DNA from: Mustelus asterias
Lineage: Eukaryota
Direction of reading: 5' to 3'
DNA length: 64,000 nt
Assembly: GCF_964213995.1 (NCBI RefSeq)
Contig: NW_027590987.1
Coordinates: forward strand, 62,001 to 126,000
The notes beneath the pieces were generated by a model, which was not told the DNA's origin, did no database searches, and saw nothing but the letters and a program-made list of their open reading frames with translations. Positions 12,503-24,124 of this stretch are shown here, piece by piece. Made by a program: the position numbers and the translations under genes. Position 1 is the first letter of the stretch; each line of letters starts with the position of its first letter.

Positions 12503-13715
12503 GAAACACATTGACGAAGGGAAAGCGGTAGATGCGGTTTATATGGATTTCAGCAAGGCGTTCGATAAGGTCCCCCATGCAAGACTTCTAGAAAAAGTGA
12601 GAGGGCATGGGATCCAAGGGGCTGCTGCCCTGTGGATCCAGAACTGGCTTGCCCAAAGGAGGCAGAGAGTGGGTATAGATGGGTCTTTTTCTAAATGGAG
12701 GTCGGTCACCAGTGGTGTGCCGCAGGGATCAGTTCTGGGACCCTTGCTGTTTGTCATTTTCATAAATGACTTGGATGAGGAAGTGGAGGGATGGGTTGGT
12801 AAGTTTGCCGACGACACGAAGGTTGGTGGGGTTGTGGATAGTCTGGAGGGATGTCAGACGTTACAGAGGGACATAGATAGGATGCAGGACTGGGCGGAGA
12901 AGTGGCAGATGGGCTTCAACCCAGATAAATGCGTAGTGGTCCATTTTGGCAGGTCAAATCGGATGAAGGAGTACAATATAAAGGGAAAGACTCTTAGTAC
13001 TGTAAAGGATCAGAAGGACCTTGGGGTCCGGGTCCATAGGACTCTAAAATCGGCCCCGCATGTGGAGGAGGTGGTTAAGAAGGCGTATGGTGTGCTGGCC
13101 TTTATCAATCGAGGGATTGAGTTTAGCAGTCCGGGGATAATGATGCAGCTATATAAGACCCTCGTCAGACCCCACTTGGAGTACCGTGCTCAGTTCTGGT
13201 CGCCTCATTACAGGAAGGATGTGGAAAAGATTGAAAGGGTGCAGAGGAGATTTACAAGGATGTTGCCTGGATTGAGTGGTATGCCTTATGAGGATAGGCT
13301 GAGGGAGCTCAGTCTTTTCTCCTTGGAGAGACGTAGGATGAGAGGAGACCTAATAGAGGTATATAAGATGTTGAGAGGCATAGATAGGGTGGACTCTCAG
13401 AGGCTTTTTCCCAGGGTGGAAATGGCTGCTACGACAGGACACAGGTTTAAGGTGCTGGGCTGTAGGCACAGGGGAAATGTTAGGGGGAAGTTTTTCATAC
13501 AGAGGGTGGTGGGTGAGTGGAATCGGCTGCCGTCAGTGGTGGCGGAGGCAAACTCAATAGGGTCTTTTAAGAGACTCCTGGATGAGTAGATGGGACTTAA
13601 TAGGATGGAGTGTTATGATGGAGTGTTATAGGTAGGCCTAAAAGGTAGGGATATGTTCGGCACAACTTGTGGGCCGAAGGGCCTGTTTTGTGCTGTAGTT
13701 TTCTATGTTTTCTAT
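12503..13715 (+). mobile_element. 5'-truncated CR1 LINE (RT), subfamily shared with 16910 and 25997
   Basis: ORF 12492-13589 with [21 protein letters not shown] and KFADD; tail TTTCTATGTTTTCTA. Confidence 0.97.
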
Positions 13716-13884
13716 TACAGTTCAATTTGTCACACCCAAAAGTAGAACACTCAAACAGAACAAGCTTGTGGTTTCTTTTCTTCTTCTCCTGTCTGAGAGA
13801 AGAAGCAAAAACCGTGTTAAATATTAATCTCTGAGCTCGATATCCAGGTCAAAGCTTCTGGTATAAGATTTCTTATGAGTTTAG

Positions 13885-14187
13885 GGGCACCCAGTGGCGA
13901 AGTAATATTGAACAAGTAATCCAGAAACCCAAAGTCATGTTCTGGGGACCTGGGTTCAAATCCCACCATGGCAGCTGGTGGAATTTGAATTCAATAACAA
14001 AAAAATCCAGAAATAAACTTTTAATGAAACCAATGCCGATTGTCATAAAAAAAACTCTTGTCCTTTAGGGAAGGAAATCTGCCACCCTTACCCGGTATGT
14101 TCCATGTGTGACTCCAGATCCACAGCGATGTGGGTCTTTAAATGGTCCAGCAAGCCATTCAGTTCAAGGGCAATTAGGTTTGAGCAA
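13885..14187 (+). mobile_element. Second, older tRNA-derived SINE family
   Basis: B box GGTTCAAATCC, body GTCCTTTAGGGAAGGAAATCTGCC; fragments of the same body at about 4580, 16090 and 27640. Confidence 0.7.
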
Positions 14188-14189
14188 TG

Positions 14190-14535
14190 AGTATGGACAG
14201 AGTAAATAGTCAGAAACTGTTCCCACTCAAGAGAGCACCAAGAACTAGGGCACAGATTCAAAGGATTTAGCCAAGGAGTAAGAGTGATGTGAGTAAAAAT
14301 GTTTCACTCAGAGGTTGGTTGGAGTATGGAACAAATTCACTGAGAAGGTTGTGGAGGCAGGTTCTATCGAGGTATTGAAAAGAAAATTAGATTGCTATCC
14401 GAAAAGAAAGAATGTGCAATGTTACGGGAATAAGGCAGGGAAGTAGCACTGGGTACAATGCCCTTTCAGAGACCCAGGACAGACTCAATGGGCTGAATGG
14501 TGTCCTTCTGCACTGTGAGGATTCTGTGTTTCTGT
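14190..14535 (+). mobile_element. Degenerate CR1 3' end
   Basis: GGACAGAGTAAATAGT..TTTCACTCAGAGG..GGGCTGAATGG tail. Confidence 0.75.
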
Positions 14536-15010
14536 CAGCACAGACCCCACATCATCAGCATTGGAACTGAAACTCCCATCATTACATCAACATCAGAACC
14601 ACGATGGAATTTCAGAAAACTGGGAAATCTTCCAAAAGGCAACTGATACCAACATCAGGTGGGTTTAACCAAGCACCCAATGTCTTCAATAGATTTATAG
14701 GATTGATGAAAGTTCAGAGTTTAATCTGGGAGAAGATCAATCAGAGAACAGAAATAATCTTGAGCAAGAAAAGGCCCAAATAATGGCACTGTCAAAAACA
14801 GGAGATCAATCATTCTCCTCTTATTATTGGAGAAATCCAAAACACTGTGTTTGAATCAAAGCTGATTTAATCAACATTTACAAACAACATCACTGCACAC
14901 ACCAGCTTTCATGCTTATTAATATCAGCAGCAACAAACTCCAACTGTCAGAATGAACATGGTTCAGTCCTGGATGCGATTAACAGCAGATTCTAAATCCA
15001 ATCCCTTCAG

Positions 15011-15870
15011 TTACTTGTGAACTCGCTGGTGCCTCAGCTGTGTGGATGAACGACTGAATCTCTTTCCACACACTGAGCAAGGAAATGGCCTCTCCCCGGT
15101 GTGAACTCGCTGGTGTGTCAGCAGGGTGGACGACTGAGTGAATCCCTTCCCACACACTGAGCAGATGAACGGCCTCTCCCCAGTGTGACTCCGCTGGTGA
15201 TTAAGTAGGTTGGACATCCAAGTGAAGCCTTTCCCACAGAAAAAGCAGGTGAAGGGTCTCTCCCTGGTGTGAGTGAGTTGGTGCATCAGCAGATCCATCT
15301 GGCTTTTAAAGTACTTCTCACAGTCAGGACATTTAAACAGCCTCTTATCAGTATGAACAAGTTGGTGTGTCAGTAGGTCGAATGAACGGGTAAATCCCTT
15401 CCCACACACGGAGCAGGGGAACAGTCTCTCCCCAGTGTGAGTGTGTTTATGGTTCAACAGATCATTTTTCCTTTTATAGTTTTTCTCACAGTCAGAACAT
15501 TGGAAAGGTCTCTCCTCACTGTGGATTCGATGGTGTGACAGGAGGTGGGATGAGTTTGTGAAGTCTTTCCCACAGACGGAGCAGGTGAATGGTCTCTCCC
15601 CAGTGTGAACACGCCAGTGTCTTAGAAGGTGGGATGATTTAGTGAATCCTTTCTGACACACAGAGCAAGTGAATGGCCTCTCCTGTGTGACTGCGGTGAT
15701 GAATATGTCACTCAGATGGGTAATCAAATCCCTTCCCACAGTCTCCACATTTCCTCCCCAGTGGGACAGCACTTGTGTTTTGACAGGTTTGATGAGCGAC
15801 TGAAACCTCATCCACACACAGAACATGTAAACACCTTCTCCCCATTGTGAACGGTGCTTTTTGATTCCAT
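15011..15870 (-). pseudogene. C2H2 ZNF, MESKSTVH-start type; 5' two fingers disrupted, 8 intact fingers
   Basis: ATG 15870, TGA 15808-15810, frameshifts near 15750 and 15685; an alternative ATG at 15826 gives a 271-aa ORF running into the intact fingers. Confidence 0.75.
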
Positions 15871-16217
15871 GTTCAAAAGTCGATGATGTTCAGGCCCTGA
15901 TGAGTTGGGTGTCTGTCAGATCCTGATGTGATGTTTGATCTGAGTTTCCCACCTACAAATCCTCCTCTTCTAATATGCTGTAAAATTAATTCAAAAAGGA
16001 GAAAAAACAGTGATAAACACAAAGGTAGGTTGTGAAATTGAGCTGAATGAATCCGGTAATTTGTGGAGCCGGCACAAGGAAAAAGTGACCACAAAAGCTG
16101 CTGGATTGTGATTAAAAACTCAAATGGTTTGCTAATGTCCTTCAATGCAGGAAACCTGCCACCCAGTCCAGATCTACACAAGAATTCAACCTTAATGGGA
16201 GGAGAAAGATAGAGACG

Positions 16218-18004
16218 GGTTCCCCATGCAAGGCTTCTAAAAAAAGTGAGAGGACCATAAGACCATAAGACATAGGAGCGGAAGTAAGGCCATTCGGCCC
16301 ATCGAGTCCACTCCACCATTCAATCATGGTTGATTTCAACTCCATTTACCCGCTCTCTCCCCATAGCCCTTAATTCCTCGAGAAATCAAGAATTTATCAA
16401 TTTCTGTCTTGAAGACGCTTAACGTCTCAGCCTCCACAGCCCTCTGTGGCAATGAATTCCACAGACCCACCACTCTCTGGCTGAAGAAATTTCTCCTCAT
16501 CTCTGTTCTAAAGTGACTCCCTTTTATTCTAAGGCTGTGCCCCCGCGTCCTAGTCTCCCCTGCTAATGGAAACAACTTCCCTACGTCCATCCTATCTAAG
16601 CCGTTCATTATCTTGTAAGTTTCTATTAGATCTCCCCTCACCCTCCTAAACTCCAATGAATACAATCCCACGATCCTCAGACGTTCATCGTATGTCAGGC
16701 CTACCATTCCCGGGATCATCCGTGTGAATCTCCGCTGGACCCGCTCCAGTGCCAGTATGTCCTTCCTGAGGTGTGGGGCCCAAAATTGCTCACAGTACTC
16801 CAAATGGGGCCTAACCAGTGCTTTATAAAGCCTCAGAAGTACATCCCTGCTTTTGTATTCCAAGCCTCTTGAGATAAATGACAACATTACATTTGCTTTC
16901 TTAATTACGGACATGGGATCCAAGGGGCTGCTGCCCTGTGGATCCAGAACTGGCTTGCCCAAAGGAGGCAGAGAGTGGGTATAGACGGGTCTTTTTCTAA
17001 ATGGAGGTCGGTCACCAGTGGTGTGCCCCAGGGATCAGTTCTGGGACCCTTGCTGTTTGTCATTTTCATAAATGACCTGGATGAGGAAGTGGAGGGATGG
17101 GTTGGTAAGTTTGCTGACGACATGAAGGTTGGTGGGGTTGTGGATAGTCTGAAGGGATGTCAGAAGTAACAGGGACATAGATAGGATGCAGGACTGGGCG
17201 GAGAAGTGGCAGATGGACTTCAACCCAGATAAATGCGTCGTGGTCCATTTTGGTAGGACAAATGGGATGAAGGAGTACAATATAAAGGGAAAGACCCTTA
17301 GTACGGTAGAGGATCAGAAGGACCTTGGGGTCCGGGTCCATAGGACTCTGAAATCGGCCCCGCAGGTGGAGGAGGTGGTTAAGAAGGCGTATGGTGTGCT
17401 GGCCTTTATCAATCGAGGGATTGAGTTTAGGAGTCCGGGGATAATGATACAGCGATATAAGACCCTCGTCAGACCCCACTTGGAGTACTGTGCTCAGTGC
17501 TGGTTGCCTCACTATAGGAAGGATGTGGAAAAGATTAAAAGGGTGCAGAGGAGATTTACAAGGATGTTGCCTGGATTGAGTGGTATGCCTTATGAGGATA
17601 GGCTGAGGGAGCTCGGTCTTTTCTCCTTCGAGAGACGAAGGATGAGAGGAGACCTAATAGAGGTGTATAAGATGTTGAGAGGCATAGATCGGGTGGACTC
17701 TCAGAGGCTTTTTCCCAGGGTGGAAATGTCTGCCACGAGAGGACACAGGTTTAAGGTGCTGGGGGGTCGGTACAGGGGAGATGTTAGGGGTAAGTTTTTC
17801 ACACAGAGGATGGTGAGCGAGTGGAATCGGCTGCCGTCAGTGGTGGTGGAGGCGAACTCAATAGGGTCTTTTAAGAGACTCCTGGATGAGTACATGGAGC
17901 TTAATAGGATGGAGGGTTATAGGTAGGTCTAGAAGGTGGGGATGTGTTCGGCACAACTTGTGGGCCGAAGGGCCTGTTTGTGCTGTAGTTTTTCTATGTT
18001 CTAT
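16218..18004 (+). mobile_element. CR1 LINE interrupted by a nested antisense CR1
   Basis: CCCCATGCAAGGCTTCTA..GTGAGAGG at 16220-16254 continues as CATGGGATCCAAGGGG at 16912, matching the 12503 copy; frameshift near 17167. Confidence 0.92.
16255..16910 (-). mobile_element. Young CR1 3' fragment with (CATAAGAC)n tail
   Basis: ORF 16336-16962 LYKALVRPHLEYCEQFW; near-identical to 38084-38844. Confidence 0.95.
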
Positions 18005-18187
18005 GAAACAGGGAGGGAATGAACGGTAAGGACTTTATACATCTACAACTGGACAAGAACTTTGACAGAACCTGCCAAACCGCAACCTTCACCAACTCAA
18101 AGGACGCAGGAAAACTATCACCTCCAAATGTCGCTTTCAATCTCAAAACAACTTGTAATCCTGAGGTAACCTGTAACCTCCTACATT

Positions 18188-18380
18188 TAAGGGGCAATTT
18201 AGCCTGGTCAATCCACCTAACCTGCACACCTTTGGGGTGTGGGAGGAAACCGGAGCACCTAAAGGAAACTCATGCAGTCACAAGGAGAACATGCAAACTC
18301 CACACAGTCACCCAAAGCTGGAATCGAACCCGGGTCCCTGGTGCTGTGAAACAGCAGTGTTGACCACTGTGCCACCCTGT
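18188..18380 (-). mobile_element. HE1-like SINE 5' part, degenerate
   Basis: GGAATCGAACCCGGGTCCCTGG..ACCACTGTGCCACC. Confidence 0.8.
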
Positions 18381-18757
18381 GCCACTGTACTATGTTGCTC
18401 AGAAATAAGTTTTAGGATTCTGGCCGAGTGATTGTGAAGGCAGAGCAGTATACTACCAAGTCAGAATAGTGTGTGATTTTGAAGAGTAAATGCAGGTAGT
18501 GAGGTTTCCACGGACAAACTGCCCTTATCCATGTTGGAGAAGAGGTGTGTAGTTTTGGAAGCTGCTGTCAAAGGAGGTTTAGCCAATTGCTGGTAATTCT
18601 AGTAATGTCCATGTTCCAGTTATTAATTTGAAAATTTTCTAAGTTTAAATTTAATGAAAATCCCCGACAGAACTACTTTTTCCTTACTTGAAACACAGCT
18701 TTAAATGGTCCGTTTGTTTCGAGATTCAGTTCCATGAGCAATGCCTTCAACTAAACA

Positions 18758-18875
18758 AAATCAAAACACTGCAACTGCTGGAAATCTGAAATGAAAAGAG
18801 AAAACGTTGTAAATACTCATCAGGTCAGACAGCATCTACAGAGACAGAAATAGAGTTAATGTTTGCAGTCACTGA
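18758..18875. mobile_element. Penelope-type terminal repeat fragment
   Basis: CTCATCAGGTCAGACAGCATCT..AGAGTTAATGTTT, same family as 45254 and 62487. Confidence 0.55.
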
Positions 18876-19161
18876 TGCTCCTCTAATGAAACACATACCA
18901 ATAGCTGCTGTTTAATGGGGCCGTGGATCCCACAATCCCCTGTGCCCCAGAAACAGCTCTATCCATCACACACATTTCCCATTATGACACTTCTGTGTCA
19001 AGAGGGCGAGCTGTTTAAAAGTCGTCAAGTTCCATTTTTGCGTGTTCATGTTCATTAAAGATACAGTTCGACTTCCCCCTCATTATGTATCAATTTCAGA
19101 TACTTCGGTCGAGAATTTCCATTCCCCTATTTTCTGGTGGATAATGGATGCCTTGAGCACT

Positions 19162-19494
19162 TAGAATCATAGAATCCTACAGTGCAGAAAGAGGCCATTT
19201 GGCCCATCGAGTCTGCACCAACCACAATCCCACCCAGGCCCTATCCACATATCCCTACATATTTACCCACTAACCTATGCATCCCGGGACACTAAGGGGC
19301 AATTTAGAATGGCCCATCAACCTAGCCCGCACATCTTTGGACTGTGGGAGGAAACCGGAGCACCCGGAGGAAACCCACGCAGACACAGGGAGAATGTGCA
19401 AACTCCACACAGACAGCAACCCGAGCCGGGATTCGAACCCAGGTCCCTGGAGCTGTGAAGCAGCAGTGCTAACCACTGTGCTACCGTGCCGCCC
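19162..19494 (-). mobile_element. Full-length HE1-like SINE
   Basis: Reverse complement of the 6810 element with A and B boxes. Confidence 0.95.
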
Positions 19495-19635
19495 CTAATT
19501 TGATTCCTAATTTTATTGACTGCACCCCTATCCCTAATTTTCACATCGCAGCTAAAAAAGCTCACTGTTCACAAATGAGGAGTTTCGATGGCGTGCGCTT
19601 TACCCACCATTCCTCGCGGTGGGGAATGTCCCCCC

Positions 19636-19824
19636 CAGTCCAAAAATGTGCGGGTTAGGTTGATTGGCCAAGGTTAAAAATTGCCCCTTAGAGTCCTGAG
19701 ATGTGTAGGTTAGAGGGATTAGCAGGTAAATATGTGGAGGTAGGGCCTGGGTGGGATTGTGGTCGGTGCAGACTCGATGGGCCAAATGGCCTCCTTCTGC
19801 ACTGTAGGGTTTCTATGATTCTAT
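19636..19824 (+). mobile_element. HE1-like SINE 3' half
   Basis: Near-identical to 6958-7146. Confidence 0.9.
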
Positions 19825-19859
19825 CCACAGCACGGGGGGGGGGGGGGGGGTGGGGGGGA

Positions 19860-20200
19860 GTTGTGCATGCGCAGTGAAGCAGTGTTTGACGCATGCATAG
19901 CGTGGATGCTGGCAATGGGGAGAGACATTCCTCTGTCTCATCAGCAACCGGTAAGGATGCGGATACATGGAGGGAGGATTGGAACCAGCAGATGGACGGA
20001 AAGGGTTTCTAAATATCTCGTGAAGATCTCAAACCTCTTATAGTAATCCGCAAATCCCGTGTTTGCAGCTTCAGGTCTTTTTCCCGGGACGAGGCTCAGG
20101 TTAACAGCCGCCATCTTGATTCAGCAAGGAGCGGAGCGCATGCGCTGGTGTCTTGGTGACGCAACAGTGAGTGGGTGGGGCTTCAGCGTTTTCTGCTCCC
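19860..20200 (+). promoter_or_regulatory. ZNF promoter/first-exon module, probably for the 22780 gene
   Basis: GCATGCGCA near 19865, GCCGCCATCTTG (YY1-like) near 20107, GCGCATGCGC (NRF1-like) near 20136, donor-like CA|GTGAGT near 20167; homologous to the reverse complement of 8770-8850. Confidence 0.7.
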
Positions 20201-20349
20201 AACCGGGTCCTAGTGACCGGAATGCAGAGCAAACTGAGCAACAGGTTTTCAACAGCTTCACCCACTCCCAGGCTGCAGCTAATGTTTGCAGCCGAGAGGA
20301 ATCCATGGGCCATGTATATACTCCAGAAGTTGTTTATTCCTGTTTGGCG

Positions 20350-21335
20350 CAAGAGTGGTAAGGGAATTGTGGCCAAACCATGGCTTACAAGGGAAATTAG
20401 AGATAGTATCAGAGTCAAGGAAGAAGCATTCAAATCGGCAAGAAAAAGCAATAGGCCCGAGGATTGGGAGCAGTTTAAAATTCAGCAAAGGAGGACCAAG
20501 GGATTGATTAAAAAGGGAAAAATGGAGTATGGAAGTAAGCTAGCAAGGAACATAAAAACTGACTGTAAAAGTTTCTGTCGATAAAGAGAAAAAGATTGAC
20601 AAAAACGAATGTTAGAAATGGGAGAATTCATAACGGGGAATAAAGAAATGGCCGCCGAATTAAATTTGTACTTTGCTTCAGTCTTCACAAAGGAAGACCT
20701 GAATAATATACCAGATTGCTGAAAGAAACATGTTTTAGTCAGGGGCTGAAGGAAATCAGCACCAGTCGAGAAATGGTTTTGGGGAAATTGATGGGATTGA
20801 AGGTGGATAAATCTCCAGGTCCAGATAATCTTCATCCCAGAGTACTTAAGGAAGTGACCCTGGAAATAGTAAATCCATTGGTGGTTATTTTCCAAAATTC
20901 TTTGGACACTGGAATAGTTCCTGCAGATTGGAGGGTAGCTAATGTAAGCCCACTATTCAAAAAGGGAGGGAGAGAGAAAACAGGGAACGAGAGACCAGTG
21001 AGCCTAACATCGGTACTGGGGAAGTTGCAGGTGTCTATTATCAAGGATTTCACAACTCGGCATTTGGAAGGCAGTGGTATAATCAGATAAAGACAGCATG
21101 GATTTACAAAAGGGAAATCATGCTTGAAAAATCTATTGGAATTTTGTAAGGATGTAAGTAGTAGAGTTGACCGAGGAGAACCAGTGGATGTGGTTTATTT
21201 AGACTTTCAGAAGGCTTTCGACAAGGTCTCACATAACAGACTATTTTGTAAAGTTAAAGCACATGGGATTGCTGGTAATGTCTTGAGATGGATAGAAAAC
21301 TGGTGAGCAGATAGGAAACAAGAGCTGACATAAAT
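20350..21335 (+). mobile_element. Degenerate CR1 ORF2 middle fragment
   Basis: KSPGPDNLHPRVLKE, DWRVANVSPLFKKG and YLDFQKAFDKV with stops. Confidence 0.9.
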
Positions 21336-21669
21336 GAGTCTTTTCCATGGTGCTGGTGTCCTTGTGTCTCTCTCGGTTAAACAATCTGTTCAAGCCTTGT
21401 CGACACAAAGAGCTTGTGTATTGTTTCTCAGTGAGGGAATCAAGGTTAATGGGGCAAGGTGGAAAAGTGGAGTTGGGGATTATATCAGATCAGCCATGAT
21501 CTTATTGAATGAGATCAAACAGTGTCATCACTGATCAGTCAAGAGGTGTTGTGGACCAGGCCCAATTTAAGATTATTAATTAGACTCACAATGTGGCTCA
21601 CTTATGCTGACTAGAAGATCCATATATCCCGACTCGGGGTCTGGTTCACTCCAGGCAAAAGCAACTTTC

Positions 21670-22240
21670 CAGGAAGTCTTGCTACAGCTGTACAAGGGAT
21701 TGTTAAGACCACACCTTGCGTATTCTGTACAGTTTTGGGCTTCTTCCTTCAGAATGATATACAAGCATTGGAAGCAGTTCATAGAAAGTTCACGAGGCTG
21801 ATTCCTGGGATGAAGGGTTGTCTTATGAGGAAATGCAGAGCATGTTGAACCTTAACTCAGTGGAGTTTAAAAGAAAAAGTAGTGACATTATTGAAACAAA
21901 TAGGATTTTGAGGGGGTTTGGTAGGAGCTGCGAGGTGGATGTTTTCTCTAATGAGGAAATCTACAACAGTTTAAATAGATGGAGATGAGGAGGAGTTTCT
22001 TCTCTCAGAGGGTTGTTAGTCTTTGGAATTCTGTTCCACAGAGAGCAGCGAAGGCTGGGTCATTGAATGTATTCAAGGCTGAGTTGGACAGATTTTTGAC
22101 CAACAGGGAAGTCAAGAGGAATGGGTAACTGGCAGGAAAGTGCAGTTAAAGCCAGATCAGGTCAGCCATGGTCTCACTGAATTGCAGAGCAAGCTTGATG
22201 GAGTAAATGGCCTCCTTTTTACTCCCATTTCTTATGATCT
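21670..22240 (+). mobile_element. Old CR1 3' fragment
   Basis: LLQLYKGLLRPHLAYSVQFW; TTCTTCTCTCAGAGGGTTG; tail. Confidence 0.8.
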
Positions 22241-22779
22241 CTGACTCCAGGACAGCAAACAATGAGCATGGATCTGGGAGCGTGTATATTAGGTACAGCA
22301 AAGTGAGAATGGAGGGAGTGTGTGTGGAATGGAGATTTACAGATTTTGGGGAATGAGAGAGGAAAGAATGTTCCATGGAAACTCGAATTGTCTGTTCTGA
22401 ATGTCTATCCTTTACTGATACTAATGATCTTTGTAAACTCCTTCTCCAGAATATTAGAAGGCGAGGATTTGCCTCAACTCAAGATCTGACAGAATCTGCA
22501 ATTCACTTGACCTGAATATCATCGGACATTGAATCTAAAAGCAGAAATATTGGTTGTTCTGTCTGCTTCAAACTTCAATGTGATTGGAAAAGCACCGAGA
22601 TGTACACACACCCAAGTGAGAGTGTTCCGGTGCACTGACTGGAGAAAGCTTTAACTAGCTATACAGCTCCACAAACACATTAGACCGTTCACAGCGTGCA
22701 GAGACTGTACAGGTGTTCTGTGTGTGGACGAGGCTTCAACTGACCATCCAACCTGGAGAGACACAAGGACACCAGCGCC

Positions 22780-23748
22780 ATGGAAAAACCATGGAAATGT
22801 GGGGACTGTGGGAAGAGATTCCAATCCCCGTCTGCACTCGAGAAACATCGACGCAGCCACACTGGGGAGCGCCCATTCACCTGCTCCAAATGTGGGAAGG
22901 GATTCACTCACTCATCGGCCCTCCTGACACATCAGCGAGTTCACACTGGGGAAAGGCCGTTCATCTGCTTTGTGTGTGGAAAGCGATTCTGTGATTCATC
23001 GGCCTTATTGGCACACCAGCATGTTCACACTGGGGAGAGGCCATTCACCTGCTCTGAGTGTGGGAAGGGATTCAGTCAATCAGCCAACCTTCGGGCACAC
23101 CAGCGAGTTCACACTGGGGAGAGGCCATTCACCTGCTCTCAGTGTGGGAAGGGATTCACTCGGTTGTCCAACCTGCAGACACACCAGCGAATTCACTCTG
23201 GGGAGAGACCGTTCACCTGCTCTGACTGTGGGAAAGGATTCAGTGATTCATCCAACCTGCTTACGCACCAGCGAATTCACACGGGGGAGAGGCCGTTCAC
23301 CTGTTCTGACTGTGGGAAAGGATTCACTAATTCCTATAACCTGCTGAGACACCAGCGGATTCATACTGGCGAGAGGCCATTAACCTGCCCTGCTTGTGGG
23401 AAGGGATTCATTAATTCCTACAACTTGCTGATACACCAGCGAGTTCACACTGGGGAGAGGCCGTTCCCCTGCTCTGTGTGTGGGAAGGGATTCACTCAGT
23501 CATCCAACTTGCTGACACACCAACGAGTTCACTCTGGAGAGAGGCCGTTCACATGCACTGAGTGTGGGAAGGGATTCACTCAATTATCCCAGCTAACGAC
23601 ACACCAGCGAGTTCACACCGGGGAGAGACCATTCGCCTGCTCTGTGTGTGGGAAGCGATTCACCCAGTCATCTAGCCTGCTAATGCACCAGCGAGTTCAT
23701 AAGTTGGATTCTGTTGTTATTGCTGCTGTTAATCACATCCAGGACTGA
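22780..23748 (+). CDS. C2H2 ZNF protein, 11 tandem fingers, 322 aa
   Basis: Intact ORF with GCCATGG Kozak context, MEKPWKC start, TGERPF linkers, C-tail [14 protein letters not shown]. Confidence 0.93.
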   Translation: MEKPWKCGDCGKRFQSPSALEKHRRSHTGERPFTCSKCGKGFTHSSALLTHQRVHTGERPFICFVCGKRFCDSSALLAHQHVHTGERPFTCSECGKGFSQSANLRAHQRVHTGERPFTCSQCGKGFTRLSNLQTHQRIHSGERPFTCSDCGKGFSDSSNLLTHQRIHTGERPFTCSDCGKGFTNSYNLLRHQRIHTGERPLTCPACGKGFINSYNLLIHQRVHTGERPFPCSVCGKGFTQSSNLLTHQRVHSGERPFTCTECGKGFTQLSQLTTHQRVHTGERPFACSVCGKRFTQSSSLLMHQRVHKLDSVVIAAVNHIQD

Positions 23749-24124
23749 ACCATGTTCATTCTGACAGTTGGTGAAGTGGGAGGGTTGGAGGGTTTCTTTC
23801 TGCTGGACTGGCCGATCTCACAACTTTGCTTCCAGTGGGCTGATGCTCTTTGAGCCTGGGAGAGCACATTTCCACTGAAATGATTCACAAAAACTGACAA
23901 ATTCATTAATTTTATCCTGGATAGTAAATAATGCTTTTCTTACCACTACAGCTAGATCCAAACTAAATATGTTTGTCTCAGTTCCATTGAATCTGTCCCC
24001 AGTGCATCCATGTCCTAAATGGAGATCACTAATTTGGCAGAGTTCCCAGTGTTGTGTAACCCTGGTTTTAAACAAGTTGAACATAATCTTCCTGCTTTTA
24101 AATTCTATCCCTCTGGAATGGAGC

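Noticed and set aside
19833-19859. Poly-G tract as a regulatory G-quadruplex
   Set aside because: Simple homopolymer, not conserved in the other promoters, and its length is unreliable
22741-22743. Selenocysteine or recoding at the conserved TGA
   Set aside because: The position is not a Cys ligand, is TAA in one copy, leaders also carry frameshifts, and no SECIS was recognised
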